Assembly: GCA_046563655.1 (NCBI GenBank)
Contig: CM102285.1
Location: forward strand, 13,578,001-13,642,000
DNA length: 64,000 bases
Reading direction: 5' to 3'
Source: Yuukianura sp. NJ FZ-2021
Taxonomy: Eukaryota
The position numbers and the translations under genes were made by a program. The notes beneath the pieces were generated by a model that ran no database searches, was not told where the DNA came from, and saw only the letters and a program-made list of their open reading frames with translations. Positions 49,201 through 61,100 of the stretch are shown here, one piece after another; within the stretch, counting starts at the first letter, position 1, and each line of letters begins with the position of its first letter.

Positions 49201-52200
49201 GTTACGTTAGGCTAACCTAACACTGTACAAACTTAGGAGTTGCGTTCTTAATACCTAGAAGTTCTGCGCAAAAGCATTTTCATGAAAAGTCTAATCTTTG
49301 CTGCAGTAAGACATTAGGTTAACATTGCGGTTAAGGTTAAAGTAGCCCACGGGTGAAAGTCACTAGCAATTCTTCAATATCCAAAAGTTGCTGGAAGGTC
49401 TCCAGAGGATAAGATAGGAACATTAATTAAGAACGGCATTACACCTATGGAGGGAAAAGAAAATGAGAAGAGACTTTACAACTCATATAAAAATATTAAG
49501 TGAAAGAGATACGAAACCTAATCTGTGGAGAGAGATAGGGGACGAAAGTTAGCCTAACCAACCTAACGTAGCCTAATCCTCGAGAGAAAGTTACAGCGGT
49601 GGAGGTTTGTGGGGAGGAAGGCGATTTTGGCGGGAGTTTTTGAATAGCCTAAGCGTAACCTTATTTGAGTTGACACTTTCCGCTTTCTCCGTACTTTCTA
49701 ACTTAACTTTTCCTACGCATCTTCATCAATTAGAAAGTTATTAGTTGTTTTTGTTTTTCCCGCGCATGAACTTTGTTTCGAAAAAGGCTTGTAAGGTAAA
49801 GTAGTTGGGGCACGCTTAGAAAGTTCTTCATTAATTAGCTCCATCTTGACTAATTGACTTTCTCCTGCTCTTATTTTGAGGTTATAGGCTTCTTTTTTTG
49901 AAAAGTGCAAAAGCGGAAATTTTCCCGCCAAAGGAACACTTTCTCCTCACGATAAACAAATTATCAACAATTACTTTGTTCCTAAGTTTCTCGTTTGAAC
50001 TTTCACCTAACCTCACTTTAAAGAAAAAAAAACGCAGGTTTTCTTCATCCCTTAAAAAGCGCGGGTTTTTCTCCCACCTTGAAAAAACAGCGCGTTTTTT
50101 TAAAGTTTTGTGGCTGAAGCACTCACTACACTTTTTCTTTCGCTGGAGAAGAGCGTCCCTGGAGAAGATTAAAATTATGCAGTTTGGAATGGCTTTTTTT
50201 GGTTTAAGAAGAAATGGAAAGTCTCTTCGTTTTTTTTTCTTTGAAATTTTTTTTTTCGTTTTTTGAAGAAAAACAATGGAAATCCTTCTTGTGGAGAAAG
50301 GTTTCTTTCTCTCTCGTAGAAAAGGAAGGGCGGAGGAGACTTGGAAGGAGAGGTCCCTTGAGGGCTCCTCCGCACCACCCCACCGCCCCATTCCAATTCC
50401 ATCGTAATAATTCTCCACCACCCTCAATCTCTGTTCAGGGGATTGGGAGGGGGGAGGAAATAAGTTTTTCATTGGTGGGGGGCCCTTAATTGGGGTGGGG
50501 AGCATGGGGGCGGTGGTGGGTTTCCGTTACTCGGTTGACATTTTAATGTCTCCGTCTGTCTTTCCGGTTGTGAGTGAAAGGTTGTTTTCTCTTTGTGTTG
50601 TAGAGATGTAATGAGAGAGGATTCCTTTTGGTTAGGTTTTTCTCTGGAGAATGTAGAACTAGTAAGACATAGATTCTGGAAGGCGACTACTATGCTGGAT
50701 TGTGGAAAGTGGTGGTGTTGGGCATGGTGTGTGTGGAGGAATGGGCTGGAATGGAACTTTGTTCCCGAGGAAACTGCTGTCTGGGGAGGTGGAAGAAGCT
50801 CCCTGGAAACTCATTATTCGATTTCTGGAAGTAAAAATGCCTGGAGGAAGGAGAAAGTGCGTCCAAGGGAGACCCTCGTGGGATTTGCCTTAATTTTCTG
50901 CAGTTCTGAGCTCAGTGCTCCCTTGAGACTTGTGCAAAGTTTATTCGCCTCCTCTCCCGCCACGGAACAACTTGGCTCCTCATACATAAGAAATAGTTTC
51001 ACGGAGTCCACAAGAACCGATCCAGGAAAAACCTTGTGGAACTTACTTCTAAAAAGTTACTGTACAGTTTGTTTAGTTTCCTGAGCATCAGAAACAACTT
51101 TAGGTTATGTTGGGCCAATGGCCAGTCAGGATCTGGCGGAAGAGAGATCCAATGGCCACTACGAGTGTTCAAATGGACAGGGTTATGGACATAACCGAGC
51201 TACAAACTTATTGCTACTTTCTCCATCAACACAATTCTTCATAAATAAATTTTCACTAAGGTTGAGCAAAACGGGAAACCTTACCTTATGCTTACACTTT
51301 GACCCATGACGACGTAGATTAGTTAAGCCAATAAAAATTGGGTAAAAACCGTAAATTTTGACAAACAAATTTCGTTTTTTGAAAAATTTGTCAAAAATAC
51401 CAAGTTTCGTAAACAAAAAGAAAACACTTTCTTCACCAGGTCGTCCAATAACTCGAAGTTTTAAAATTTGTTTGAAAGTAGCAAATCTGCCTTTCTATGG
51501 TAATTTTTGAAGGTAATATAAATGGGATTGGTGCTAAAAGTTGTTTGAAGCAAGATTTTTGAAAACACTGAGTTATTGGACAACCTGTAGGAAATCAAAA
51601 TCGGTTGTGAAAGAACCTTGAAAAATATGGTGGTGAAAGTTGAGCAGATACGTTGATGAACTTTTTTTTGTAACAAATTGTGGTATGGAGGTCGTTGAAC
51701 TCTAAACTTTTAAGTTCCACCCCCTTAAGTCCCCCCTCCTTTTTTCCTGGGCCTTAGAGCAAGAGTAAGTTCTTAAGGGACTTTAAGGGGGTCCCTTGGG
51801 ATGACCCTGTGTCCCTGAGCCCATTTAGGAAGCGAGGGAGAGGCTGCTGGAGAAGGGCGCTTATTAAAGTCACAGTCTCTGGGGAGCAAGACGGAGGATC
51901 TGCACGAGGAAAGAGTCGAATTTAAAAATACTTTCTCCACTAAAGGGAAAGCATTTCATCCCTCCCCCTCCCCATTTTAAGACAATCCAACCATCCCTCC
52001 AAATCTTACGAATAAAAAGTTATAAAAGTTCTACAAGATTACACAAATTTCCTGAAAGTTATGTCAGAGGTCAGCTAGGGTTCAGAATTTGAAATTTAGT
52101 TTTGGAATTTCGAAATTTTAATTTTTGATTTTGGTTTTTTGAATTTGCAGATGAAATGATGGAGGGTGAAAGTGAAGTTGAGAGAAGCGAAGACGCGGTG

Positions 52201-52282
52201 CCCACAGCCGAAAGCCTGGCAGCTCCAGTGAAAGATTTTCAAGAAGAACTTGACGACGTGTCACTAGATGGCTCCGGTTCAG
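43254..52282 (+). CDS. 5' coding exons of a NuRD-motif zinc-finger transcription factor (ZNF423/521-Oaz-like or spalt-like); incomplete, no zinc-finger exons recognised in the window
   Basis: Exon 43254-43299 encodes MSRRKQAKPRAVLLK plus C before a GTGAGT donor. Exon 52151-52282 (TTGCAG acceptor, GTGAGT donor, phase 1-1) continues HEMMEGESEVERSEDAVPTAESLAAPVKDFQEELDDVSLDGSGS. A candidate 5' UTR acceptor lies at 42900. Confidence 0.75.
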
Positions 52283-55200
52283 GTGAGTAGCCCTTAAGGG
52301 CCCCACTTTCATATTTTATTTAGAAATTTAGAACGGGGGGCTTTGTATTTGGAAATCCACCTTTAGAATGTGGTTTAATGTCTCTGGAACTGTTGAATTA
52401 GAAAAACATATTGTTGGAATTGGTAAGGCCTGGGGCTCCCTTGAGACACTGGGGCCTTAGTCCTTGTGTTACGTGGAGCTGTTCTCTGTTAGTCTCTGTA
52501 GTACTTTCGTTTTGATCCGTAAGTGGAGAGATAGGATTTCCGTGTTCCAGGGAGATTTTAATTGATTAGATAGACGGCTTCTCCTACTTCCGCTAATTCC
52601 CAACCAGCCACTCTGTCTCCAGGGAGCGTCTCCACACTTTCCCCACTTTCTCTCTCCTTGGATCTGTAATGACTTCCTGGGCAACCGTTACCTAGGTTAC
52701 CAGCCTCCAGGAATAAAAATTCTAAGAAAAATAGGCTATGTGTGTGTGTGGTAAACCTCAAGAGACTCAAAAGCTCTGCACTCCACCCCTTACACACAAA
52801 ATTACAAAAAAAATGTGTAAGGAAATCTATATTTTTAAATTCTAGATTCAAAAGATGCCTTGAACTGAGGATTTTGATCTTCAAAAACCATAATCGACTC
52901 GAATTTTTATTCAAAGGGCGTAAAAATGTTGTAAAGTTTTTGGTTTCTGAAAATTATAAGTTTGTTGAAAATTTTCGTTTTTTGAATTTGTTCAAAGTGC
53001 TTTTATTTCATCAAAAAAGGTTGTTTCCGGTTTCCCATCAAGATGGGCCAAACAAGATTCAGTTTTCATATGTTTTAGGAACATTTTTTTGAAAAGTTGA
53101 AATTTTGAAAGAGATTTTTTGTTGTTAGGAGTGTATTTTTTGGTTTGTTTGTACTAGATTTGGAAGAGGGCGGTTCCGCTCTTTTGAGGAGCAACAATAG
53201 GTGAACAATCGATATCGTTTTCCAAAAGAAGAAGAAAATTCACCAACAAAATTCACTTGAAAGATCATTGACAGAACGAGGTCCTAAAATCCTTTTGGTC
53301 CATTGGACACGGTGTCCGTTTGTGTTGTTAAGACGAAGCTCCTTGTTCTTATGGTCACTTTCCGCCCCACTAAAGCACATAATTCACACGTTCTGAACAC
53401 GGCACCATTTTATGCTCAAGTAGGAGAGAAATCTTCTTAAAGCTAAAACAAGTGCAAGAAGTTGCCGAGAAGATAAATTTCTAAACAAAATTGGAAGTTT
53501 GATCCACCGCGGTGGATCCATCGCCTGTTACAATTTTTTTCTGACTTTTTTTTTCGTTTTTTTGGAAAGTGGCCATGATTAGAGTGAGAACCACTTCAAT
53601 TAGATCCACTCCATTTTTGACACGTAGGAACCCAAAATACCTCATACTTACTAGACACGAACAGAATTCAAAATACCGTACTTCCGCCCTCTTAACTCTC
53701 CTTTTAACTCAAAAACAAACAACTACACTCGTCTTTCAAAAAAAATTTAAATTTTAAAAACTTTGAACACTGACTGCAAGAAAAGTTGAAAAATACTTTC
53801 GCTACTAATTTAAAATTCTCACTTTCAAAGCATGTCTAGGATAACTTCCGAGTATTTGTTCAACTTAAAGGACATGTCCGGATAAGAGATTTCTGGGCCC
53901 TCGCGAAGCCTTGCATTGCGTGAGATAGGAGTTGAGATGAGAGAAATGAATGGGAGCAAATCACCATGTAACTTCTCCTATCCCACACCATGCAAAACTC
54001 CCATTGGGCCCAGCTCCCATCTCTTTCTTAAGCTTATCCGGACATGTCCTTTGAATTTTCGAAAAATTATACACGGGACATCAGTTTTTAAGTTTCAAAA
54101 TTTTGAAAAGTCATAAAAAAACTGTAACAAGAATCTGAAACTTTCACCAGTTCGTCAACCCGCTGGAACTGAAAATATTTCCCGAGGAATTTTCCATAAT
54201 TTTCAAAGCATAGAAATTCAAATGGTGTGGAGTTTGTCAAACTTTTTTCTTAGATTTGGTTGTAATTTTTAAAATTTTAGAACACAGTAACCTTTGTTTA
54301 CGAATGCTAAACTCAAAAATCTGATTCTTCGAAATTTCGAAATTTTATTTCTGAAACAACGGTAGTTTGAGTCAATTGCAATTGTTCGTTAGCAGTCTCC
54401 GGAGAGTCACTTGAGCCCCCACCATGCCCCACCGTAGCCCCATCCACTTAAATCCTCCAACATAAAATCTTTGACTTCTGAAACGGAACTGTTAATTTTA
54501 TGGTCTCTTCCAAAAGTAATTAGCTAAACTCAAAAGTACAATGGCCACCGTACAATTCTCATTTAAGAGAGTTCCATTCTTCCCGCCCACTTTATTCCTG
54601 TTTTCTTAAAGGTGTTGGTTTCTTATGCCTTTGAGTGGGGAACTTGTCACCTCAAGTGTGAGATCCTTAACACCTTCTTTAAAAACTTAAAAGAGCTTCT
54701 TTGATTTGATCTTGAGAGATGCCTTTGAAATTTGGCGACTTTTGATGACTTGTCTGTTCGCATTGTTTTCTTTTCGGTCGTTACATTTCACCGCCACTTT
54801 TACATTGACTAAGACCGTTAGGTTTTGAAAGAGGGACTTTAAGTACCTACAGTTTTTATGGAACGAGGAAATGAGGTTCCCCGGGAACTTTAATTTAAAT
54901 TTTATAATTTTATGACCTTGCGCTGTCACTTCCTTCCGGATCCTTTGAGAATTATGGCTTACTTGTAATAGTCAATGGAAATTGGGGGGCGGGGGTCATT
55001 TGTTGACCTGTCACCACCCGCCCCCCTCTGCTTGATCTAATCAACGGCTAATTGCTAAACTGAATCTGTCTTGTATACTTTACGGGTTAAAGCTTTACGC
55101 GGGAAACAGATGCTTTTGTATTGCCTTGATAGAACAATGAAGGGACCGTTTTTCTAAACAAAAGTTTAGAAAAAACAAGATGAATGGGTGGGTGCGTCCC

Positions 55201-55826
55201 TTACAATTTGAAAATTTAAAAATTTAGAGTTAAAATTCAGTTTCTCTGATGTAAATTAGTCAGTTTGGGAAATTTTGTTGGAAAAATCAAAAACGAGGGA
55301 AAAGCTATTCCAGATTTTGAATAATAATTTAAAGCTTGACTTGAATGATGAAAAATGTAAAGAAAATTTTGCTTTCAATTTGTCCTATTGTCTTCAAAAG
55401 TTTTGTGTGTTAAGTTACATGTCCTATTTACGTTTGGTTTTTCTGTATTTTTCGGCTTTTTAGATTTTTTTTTTATGAATGAGCAGTTCCTGACGACGGT
55501 CATCGGGTCGGGTCATCACTGACCTTTGACCTTGATTAATTTTTTGAAATTTCAAATTGTTACAGTTTTTAAAGGATTTTCGTCTGTTCTGTCTGCAAAG
55601 ATGTGTTTGTGACCTGTTTTTGTGTGATGGTGTAAATGAAATTGTTAATTGTAAATTGTAATTAGATGAGTATTGATCCAGTAGGTGCGACTTTGGTTGT
55701 CGCATGTGAGCCTTTGGTTGTTTCCAGAACTTTTTGGACTCCCAGACTCCCGGGAGAGAATAGAAAATTGAGAGATCCGGAGTCCACAGGGGGTCAGAGG
55801 CTCAAAAGTCTCTTTTTCTCCAGGGA
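44547..55826. promoter_or_regulatory. Intronic cluster of COE/EBF-type sites
   Basis: 12 matches to TCCCNNGRGA on either strand, at 44547, 44602, 46116, 49138, 50156, 50919, 51792, 51876, 52437, 52616, 55748 and 55817. Confidence 0.6.
53867..54052. mobile_element. MITE-like fold-back element, ~186 bp
   Basis: Perfect 20-bp terminal inverted repeats AAAGGACATGTCCGGATAAG / CTTATCCGGACATGTCCTTT, plus internal inverted blocks (CTGGGCCC / GGGCCCAG and GATAGGAG / CTCCTATC). Confidence 0.7.
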
Positions 55827-58055
55827 GACCCCCAGTGTTACCCCGAAAGCTCCAAATATACAAAAACCAACGTCTCACTTAAGGGGTGGGGGGCACTTAA
55901 AGGGAGGGGGACCCCTTATGAATAATACACAAATCCACTCAAGCCTCTGCTTCAAATCAACCTTCCCCACTTCACTTTTTTCATACTTTTGGGAATCGTA
56001 GTACTTGGTAATTGCTGGGTTGGGCCCTTGAGGGTCCCTGGCTTTCAGTTTGGCAGGATATGGGTTTGGGAGTTGGTTGGTTCGGAGTAAAGAGGACTTG
56101 GATAGCAGCAGGGGGTACTTTTTAGCACGTAATCACGCGCCCCATCAATTTTCAATTGTCGATTCTTTCTTTTCGTTCAAGAGTTGCTAGGGAAAGTCTC
56201 TTTCTCTCTTTTTTGAACAAGTTTTCTAAAATAGAAAAAAATGAAAAGTCAGGAGGGTGAGGTTGATCTTGATTATTGTTTGTAAAGGATTTTCAAAATT
56301 GATGAAAATTTAAACAAAATTTGAACTTTTCGAGTAGAATGGAACTGTTTGGGAAAATTTGAAAGTTTTTTGGTTTTGGCTAAAATATTTTTGGTGGGTT
56401 TTGAGGTTGATTGAAGGGTGGGTTTTTGGTGGCGGTGGGTGATGGATTGGGTATAGCCCCACCAAATCCTTAGTCCACCATAGCCTAACCTAACATCACT
56501 TTGTTAGGTTATGCTTAAAGTCTAAGTTTGGTGTAGCAGTTGTTATGGAAAGTGTCTCTTGGAGGTCCTTCGGGAGAGGTGGCTCTGTCCTGGCCCCCTG
56601 CTGACACTCAGTTGCCAAGGACCCCCTCCGACCATTGACCCCCTGCTGAGCGACGCCTCTTCTGGCTTCAACATAACAACCATGGGAATACAAACGCCTC
56701 AGCGTTTGTCAGTCCTGGCCAAAACCTAAAACGAACTCTTCATTTTGTTCGAACATGAAACTACGGCAGGAGACGAACGAAAGTGGAGGCCATACGATCA
56801 CATCAGAGATGACTTTATACAAAAATGAAAAAAAAATATTCGAAGCCACCTCCGAAGATGAAGATGACTGTATGATGTCTCCATCCGTCCAACGCCCACA
56901 TCTTCATCTTCTGTCCAAATTACAATTTTTGGACAACTTATGCTTTTTTGCAATTGAACAAAAACAACAGGACGCTTCTCTGTAGGAAATTTTCTGAATT
57001 TCCTACAAAAATTCAAAAAATTTAAATTTTTCATGATCTATTGTCTTGTCAAAACTCTTTTGGAGAGTTCCAAAATTGCAAATTTTCATGAAATTTTTGG
57101 CCGTTTATGACCCAGTTTCTGGAAATATCACTTTTCAAAAAGTGATTTTCATTTTTTCTTGTGAAATTTTTTCCGTTTTTGTGGTGAACTCGTTTTGAAA
57201 CTGGTGGGTTCTCGTGTTACTTTGAAAGCAGACCACAACAGAACACTCTCCTTTCGACTGCCAGTCAAGTGTCAAGTTTCACTTTTCTTTTTAATTTGAA
57301 CCAAATTTTTTGTAAGTTGTTGAATCAGATCTTTAGTTCAAAAGGAGATCCGAAAGTGAGATTAAGACACAAGAGGACTTAAGGCCTCCACTTAACATAA
57401 CTCTTGGCTATGCGCATGCGCTTGTACAGGTTTAGTCAGGATTCCTTTGATCTCATCTCAATTAGTCAATTAAGTGCAACTCACATGCGCTTAAAAACCA
57501 CTTAACACTTTCTTTGTCATGGATCTTTTAAACTGGTTCTGAGAAGATACTGAAGTTATTTCTATTGTTTGAATTTGAAAATTTGAAAAAGGCGCTGCTG
57601 CTTGAAGCTTGATGGAGTTGTCTCGAGATGAAGCACTTAATTGAAATGATAGGTTCTGGTTTGTGTGAGGACTTGAGACCACCTTGACACAAGGGATTCG
57701 TACCTCATCAGAAGTTATGGTTAGGTTAAGGTTAGGCAATCATTTCCATTATTCCAGTTCACGTCCATTGACCACGGAGAGAGAATAAGTTGTAAGGAAT
57801 GGACCAATTACCCACCCTCAGCACTTCTGCCTGGTTCATCTTCTTCCAAAAAGATGATGAGCTTACTAGGAGGTCATCTTGGTCCTTCCTGCCCAATCTC
57901 CACGGTTCCCTCTAATTCCGAACCGAGCTCAATACTCCCCCATCAAGTCAATTTTAAGTCAGGAAGTCAATGGCCACAACGAGACCAATTTTGTGTCAGA
58001 GAGGAGACTCTAATTTCTAGGTTCTGAAAACACATTAAGGCAAAGGCATTGAGGT

Positions 58056-58156
58056 AATCGACGTAAAGTTGTTACGATATTTTAAAATCGACGCATGTTT
58101 GAGCGACACTTTACAATCGACGCACACTGTTGCGACATTTTAAAAAAATTGACGCA
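58056..58156. repeat. Degenerate ~30-bp tandem repeat, 3-4 copies
   Basis: AATCGACG...CGA(T/C)A(T/C)TTT units at 58056, 58086 and 58115, partial at 58147. Confidence 0.6.
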
Positions 58157-61100
58157 GAGACCTTAGGTTTCGTATAACTTTGCAATTTTGGCGACCAATT
58201 TCCTATATCCTGTTTTTATATTTTTATGAACGGCATTTAAAGGATTTTAAAATGAAACCCAAATGTTTTTGAAATTTTTACATACGTTTAAATGAAAAGT
58301 TGTTAAAGATTTGTGACTATTTTCGAACTGTTTTGATTACTTTTTTGAATGTTTGAATGGAGAAAGCATCTCTATATGGTTGTTAAATACGGAATCTTTC
58401 TTGGATACAACTGTTTCTGTTTGTGGGTTTGCAGATTCTCTCATTTGCTAAAAATTTATGAATGGCTTTAGCATGGTTTTGAGTTAAAATTGCAGAATTC
58501 CAACAGAAAATGAATGTTTCTGTACATTAAAAAAAACTCAATTTCAATTTGTCACGTAGGTGTGTTAGGTGCTGTCATCCTTTTTTCCTCCCTCTCCAGC
58601 AGCTTGTTTCTGTTTGTCACGAAAAATGAATAATAATGAATAAGAATACTGAATTTGGCAATAATGAATTCTGTTTTTTCATGAAATGCTGGCAGCAGTA
58701 TCTCACGTTGTCTCCCTCCAGAACCTATTGTTTTTCTGAAGTTCATAAAATGATGAGTTGTGGCAGTTGTAAGGGGAGTCCTAAAAGTTCTGGACGAACC
58801 ACATGCCCTTCCCTCCTAAGTCCGAAACCTGTCAAGGGACTCGGAGGAAAAGTGATGAATGGGTGGTAATTAGGATCTTAGGAAGGTGCGGGTGAGGTCA
58901 TTAAGGTGATAGAGTCATTCACACACTAAGTACACACTTACTTTTCAACCTAACTTAGGTTATGTTCCTGCCAATAGCCTAACTTTGGTCTGGAGCTCAT
59001 CAGATCCAAAGGCAGATGATGAGGGTCCTATTGTCTTCTGGGAAAATACAGTTCGTTTACAAATTAAGACTAACAATAAGTTAGCATAGGGAAAGACTAA
59101 CAATTGTTAGGATGGGAAAAAGTAGCGTCCGGTCAGTTGCCATTTTGAAGTGAAGAAGTTGCTTGTCATTGTCAACGGCCAGAGAGAGGTTGACATTGAT
59201 TTGGATACGTCGCTAAAATAGGCTTGTCCTCCCCTCTCCTAGTCCTGTCTTGTGTCTCATTCAAACAAAACGCTCTTCAGTTCCTACTTTTTGTGCCAGT
59301 TTCCGTTTCCAGTTTTATTTTTTCCGAGTTGTGCGTGATTGAAAATAAATAGGCTCAAATCCTCCCTTTTCACTCTAATTAGAGGTCACTAGGGCCAGAG
59401 AGTCTATTGTTAACGGGGGAAATGGATTTGGATTTGGTCTGGGTGAACTTCATTGTTAGGCAGAACAAGGTCACATGGACATGCGTCCAAGGAGAACAAT
59501 CAGTCCACAATTGGAGTCCCCATTTAAAATCCTATTAGAACTACTTTCATTCAAGGACAGTCCAGGAAACACCCACAATTTTCATGAAATCCTTTTTGTT
59601 GCGAAATTTTTCAACACTTTCTGCATCACCTTTTACACCACCATGCATGCCATGGAGCATCTGCCGGAACTTTTGAAATTTTAATTTCAGGTTTTTCAAA
59701 AAATTGAAAAGTTCAAGCGGCAGGGAAATTTAGCAGGGTTGAGCTGTTTCACTTGGCGTCGAAATTTTCATTAAAATGAATTTTGAATTTCATTTTCAGG
59801 TTTTGATTTTTGGCCAAAATTTTTTTTTTTGAATAATTTGAAAATTGAAAAAAAGGGAAAATTTTCGCTTGTTTTTCAAAGTTGAAAAACGTTTTCCTTC
59901 GTTTTCTTACATCAAAAGTGCACAAAAGTTTTCGGTCGTTTTCCAGTTTCGGCCCTTTGACGTTTTCGCTCCTTTTCCTTTTCGCTCCCTTTGACGTTTG
60001 ACGTTTTTTCGATTGTTTTCTTGTATTTCGGTCTAAGTTAAGCTATTTTTTTCTTTCTTGAAGCATAAACTATTGGTTGTTTGCATCCAATTTGAAGCTT
60101 GCTTTCTCTGTTCTGGAAGGTGTCGGAGTGTTCCTATTTTAAGGTTAGGTTAAGACTGGCCTTAGCCTAACATAACCTAACGTATGCTCCCTTAGACATA
60201 AGGACAAAGTGTCTCGGTCTCATCCTTCGCTGGAGTCCACTGGGAGCCTTCAGTTCCTTTTTCAATGGGAACAAAGTCCTCCACCTGAGATTGGAACAAG
60301 ACAGGGAGAAAGCACAGAGACAGCCAGAATGTGATCTTTCTTATTAAGGCCGAAGGAAGAGGCAGGCTTACGAACTGCCTATGAAATATGTAAAAGATCT
60401 CTCTTTTTCCAGTTTCCAGTTTCAGGTTGTTCTTTTTTTGGCGGGAGAGATGGCCGGAGAAAGTGGAGTTGGTCTAATCCCACTCCGGTGGGACCAGAGT
60501 CCCCCTCCCACATCCATTCCCAGACATCCCTCCAGAGACCCACTCCAAAGACACATACGACTCACAACACTCACCTTTCCCCTACTTTCTCCAGACTAAC
60601 CTTAAAAAATACAAAAACCTAAGGTAAAGTTAGGGTAAAAACATAAGCTAAGGCTTGTTGCAGGTAAAGGAGTCGGTTATGAAGATATGCATTACTTAAG
60701 GGACTGGAGATGACACAGAGGTTGTTCCTCCTCTTCCGCCCTTCTTTTTTCTTTCCCAATTCATAATTCAAAACAATTCAAAAATTTCTCAAAGTCTCGG
60801 TTCGTATAAAAGATTTCATGGAAAAACTAAAAAAAAAAAAGAGAGTAGAAAGTTCGATCTTTTTTGAATCGCTTTCTCCCTTCACTTTTCCAACTCCCAC
60901 GCCAATAGCGTTTTTTAAGCTTTTGATTGATTTCGAATCTCGTGCTGGTCTCAGATTTCTTCGATTTCTGCGAACAGTTTACAAAATCTGCAAAATTTTG
61001 AATTTTGTTTTAAAAAAACTTTTGAATTTTATTTCCAGAATTTTGGAGATTTAAATTCCTCTAAATAAGAAGTTTCGAATTTTTGGCAATTGTGTGAAAT

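Noticed and set aside
49882..51084. Long ORFs of 122-207 aa in the zinc-finger gene intron
   Set aside because: They derive from A/T homopolymer-rich sequence (K/F-rich translations) and lack domains or convincing splice context.
53501..53518. 18-bp palindrome GATCCACCGCGGTGGATC resembling a cloning polylinker
   Set aside because: Flanks are native AT-rich sequence with no other vector features, so it is treated as an isolated palindrome.
58056..58156. Regularly spaced ~30-bp repeats superficially like a CRISPR array
   Set aside because: Eukaryotic context, degenerate contiguous units without unique spacers, and no cas genes.
60427..60622. Possible third exon of the MSRRKQ gene after a TTTCAG acceptor
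   Set aside because: The phase-1 frame reaches TAA before a convincing donor and shows no zinc-finger or conserved motif.
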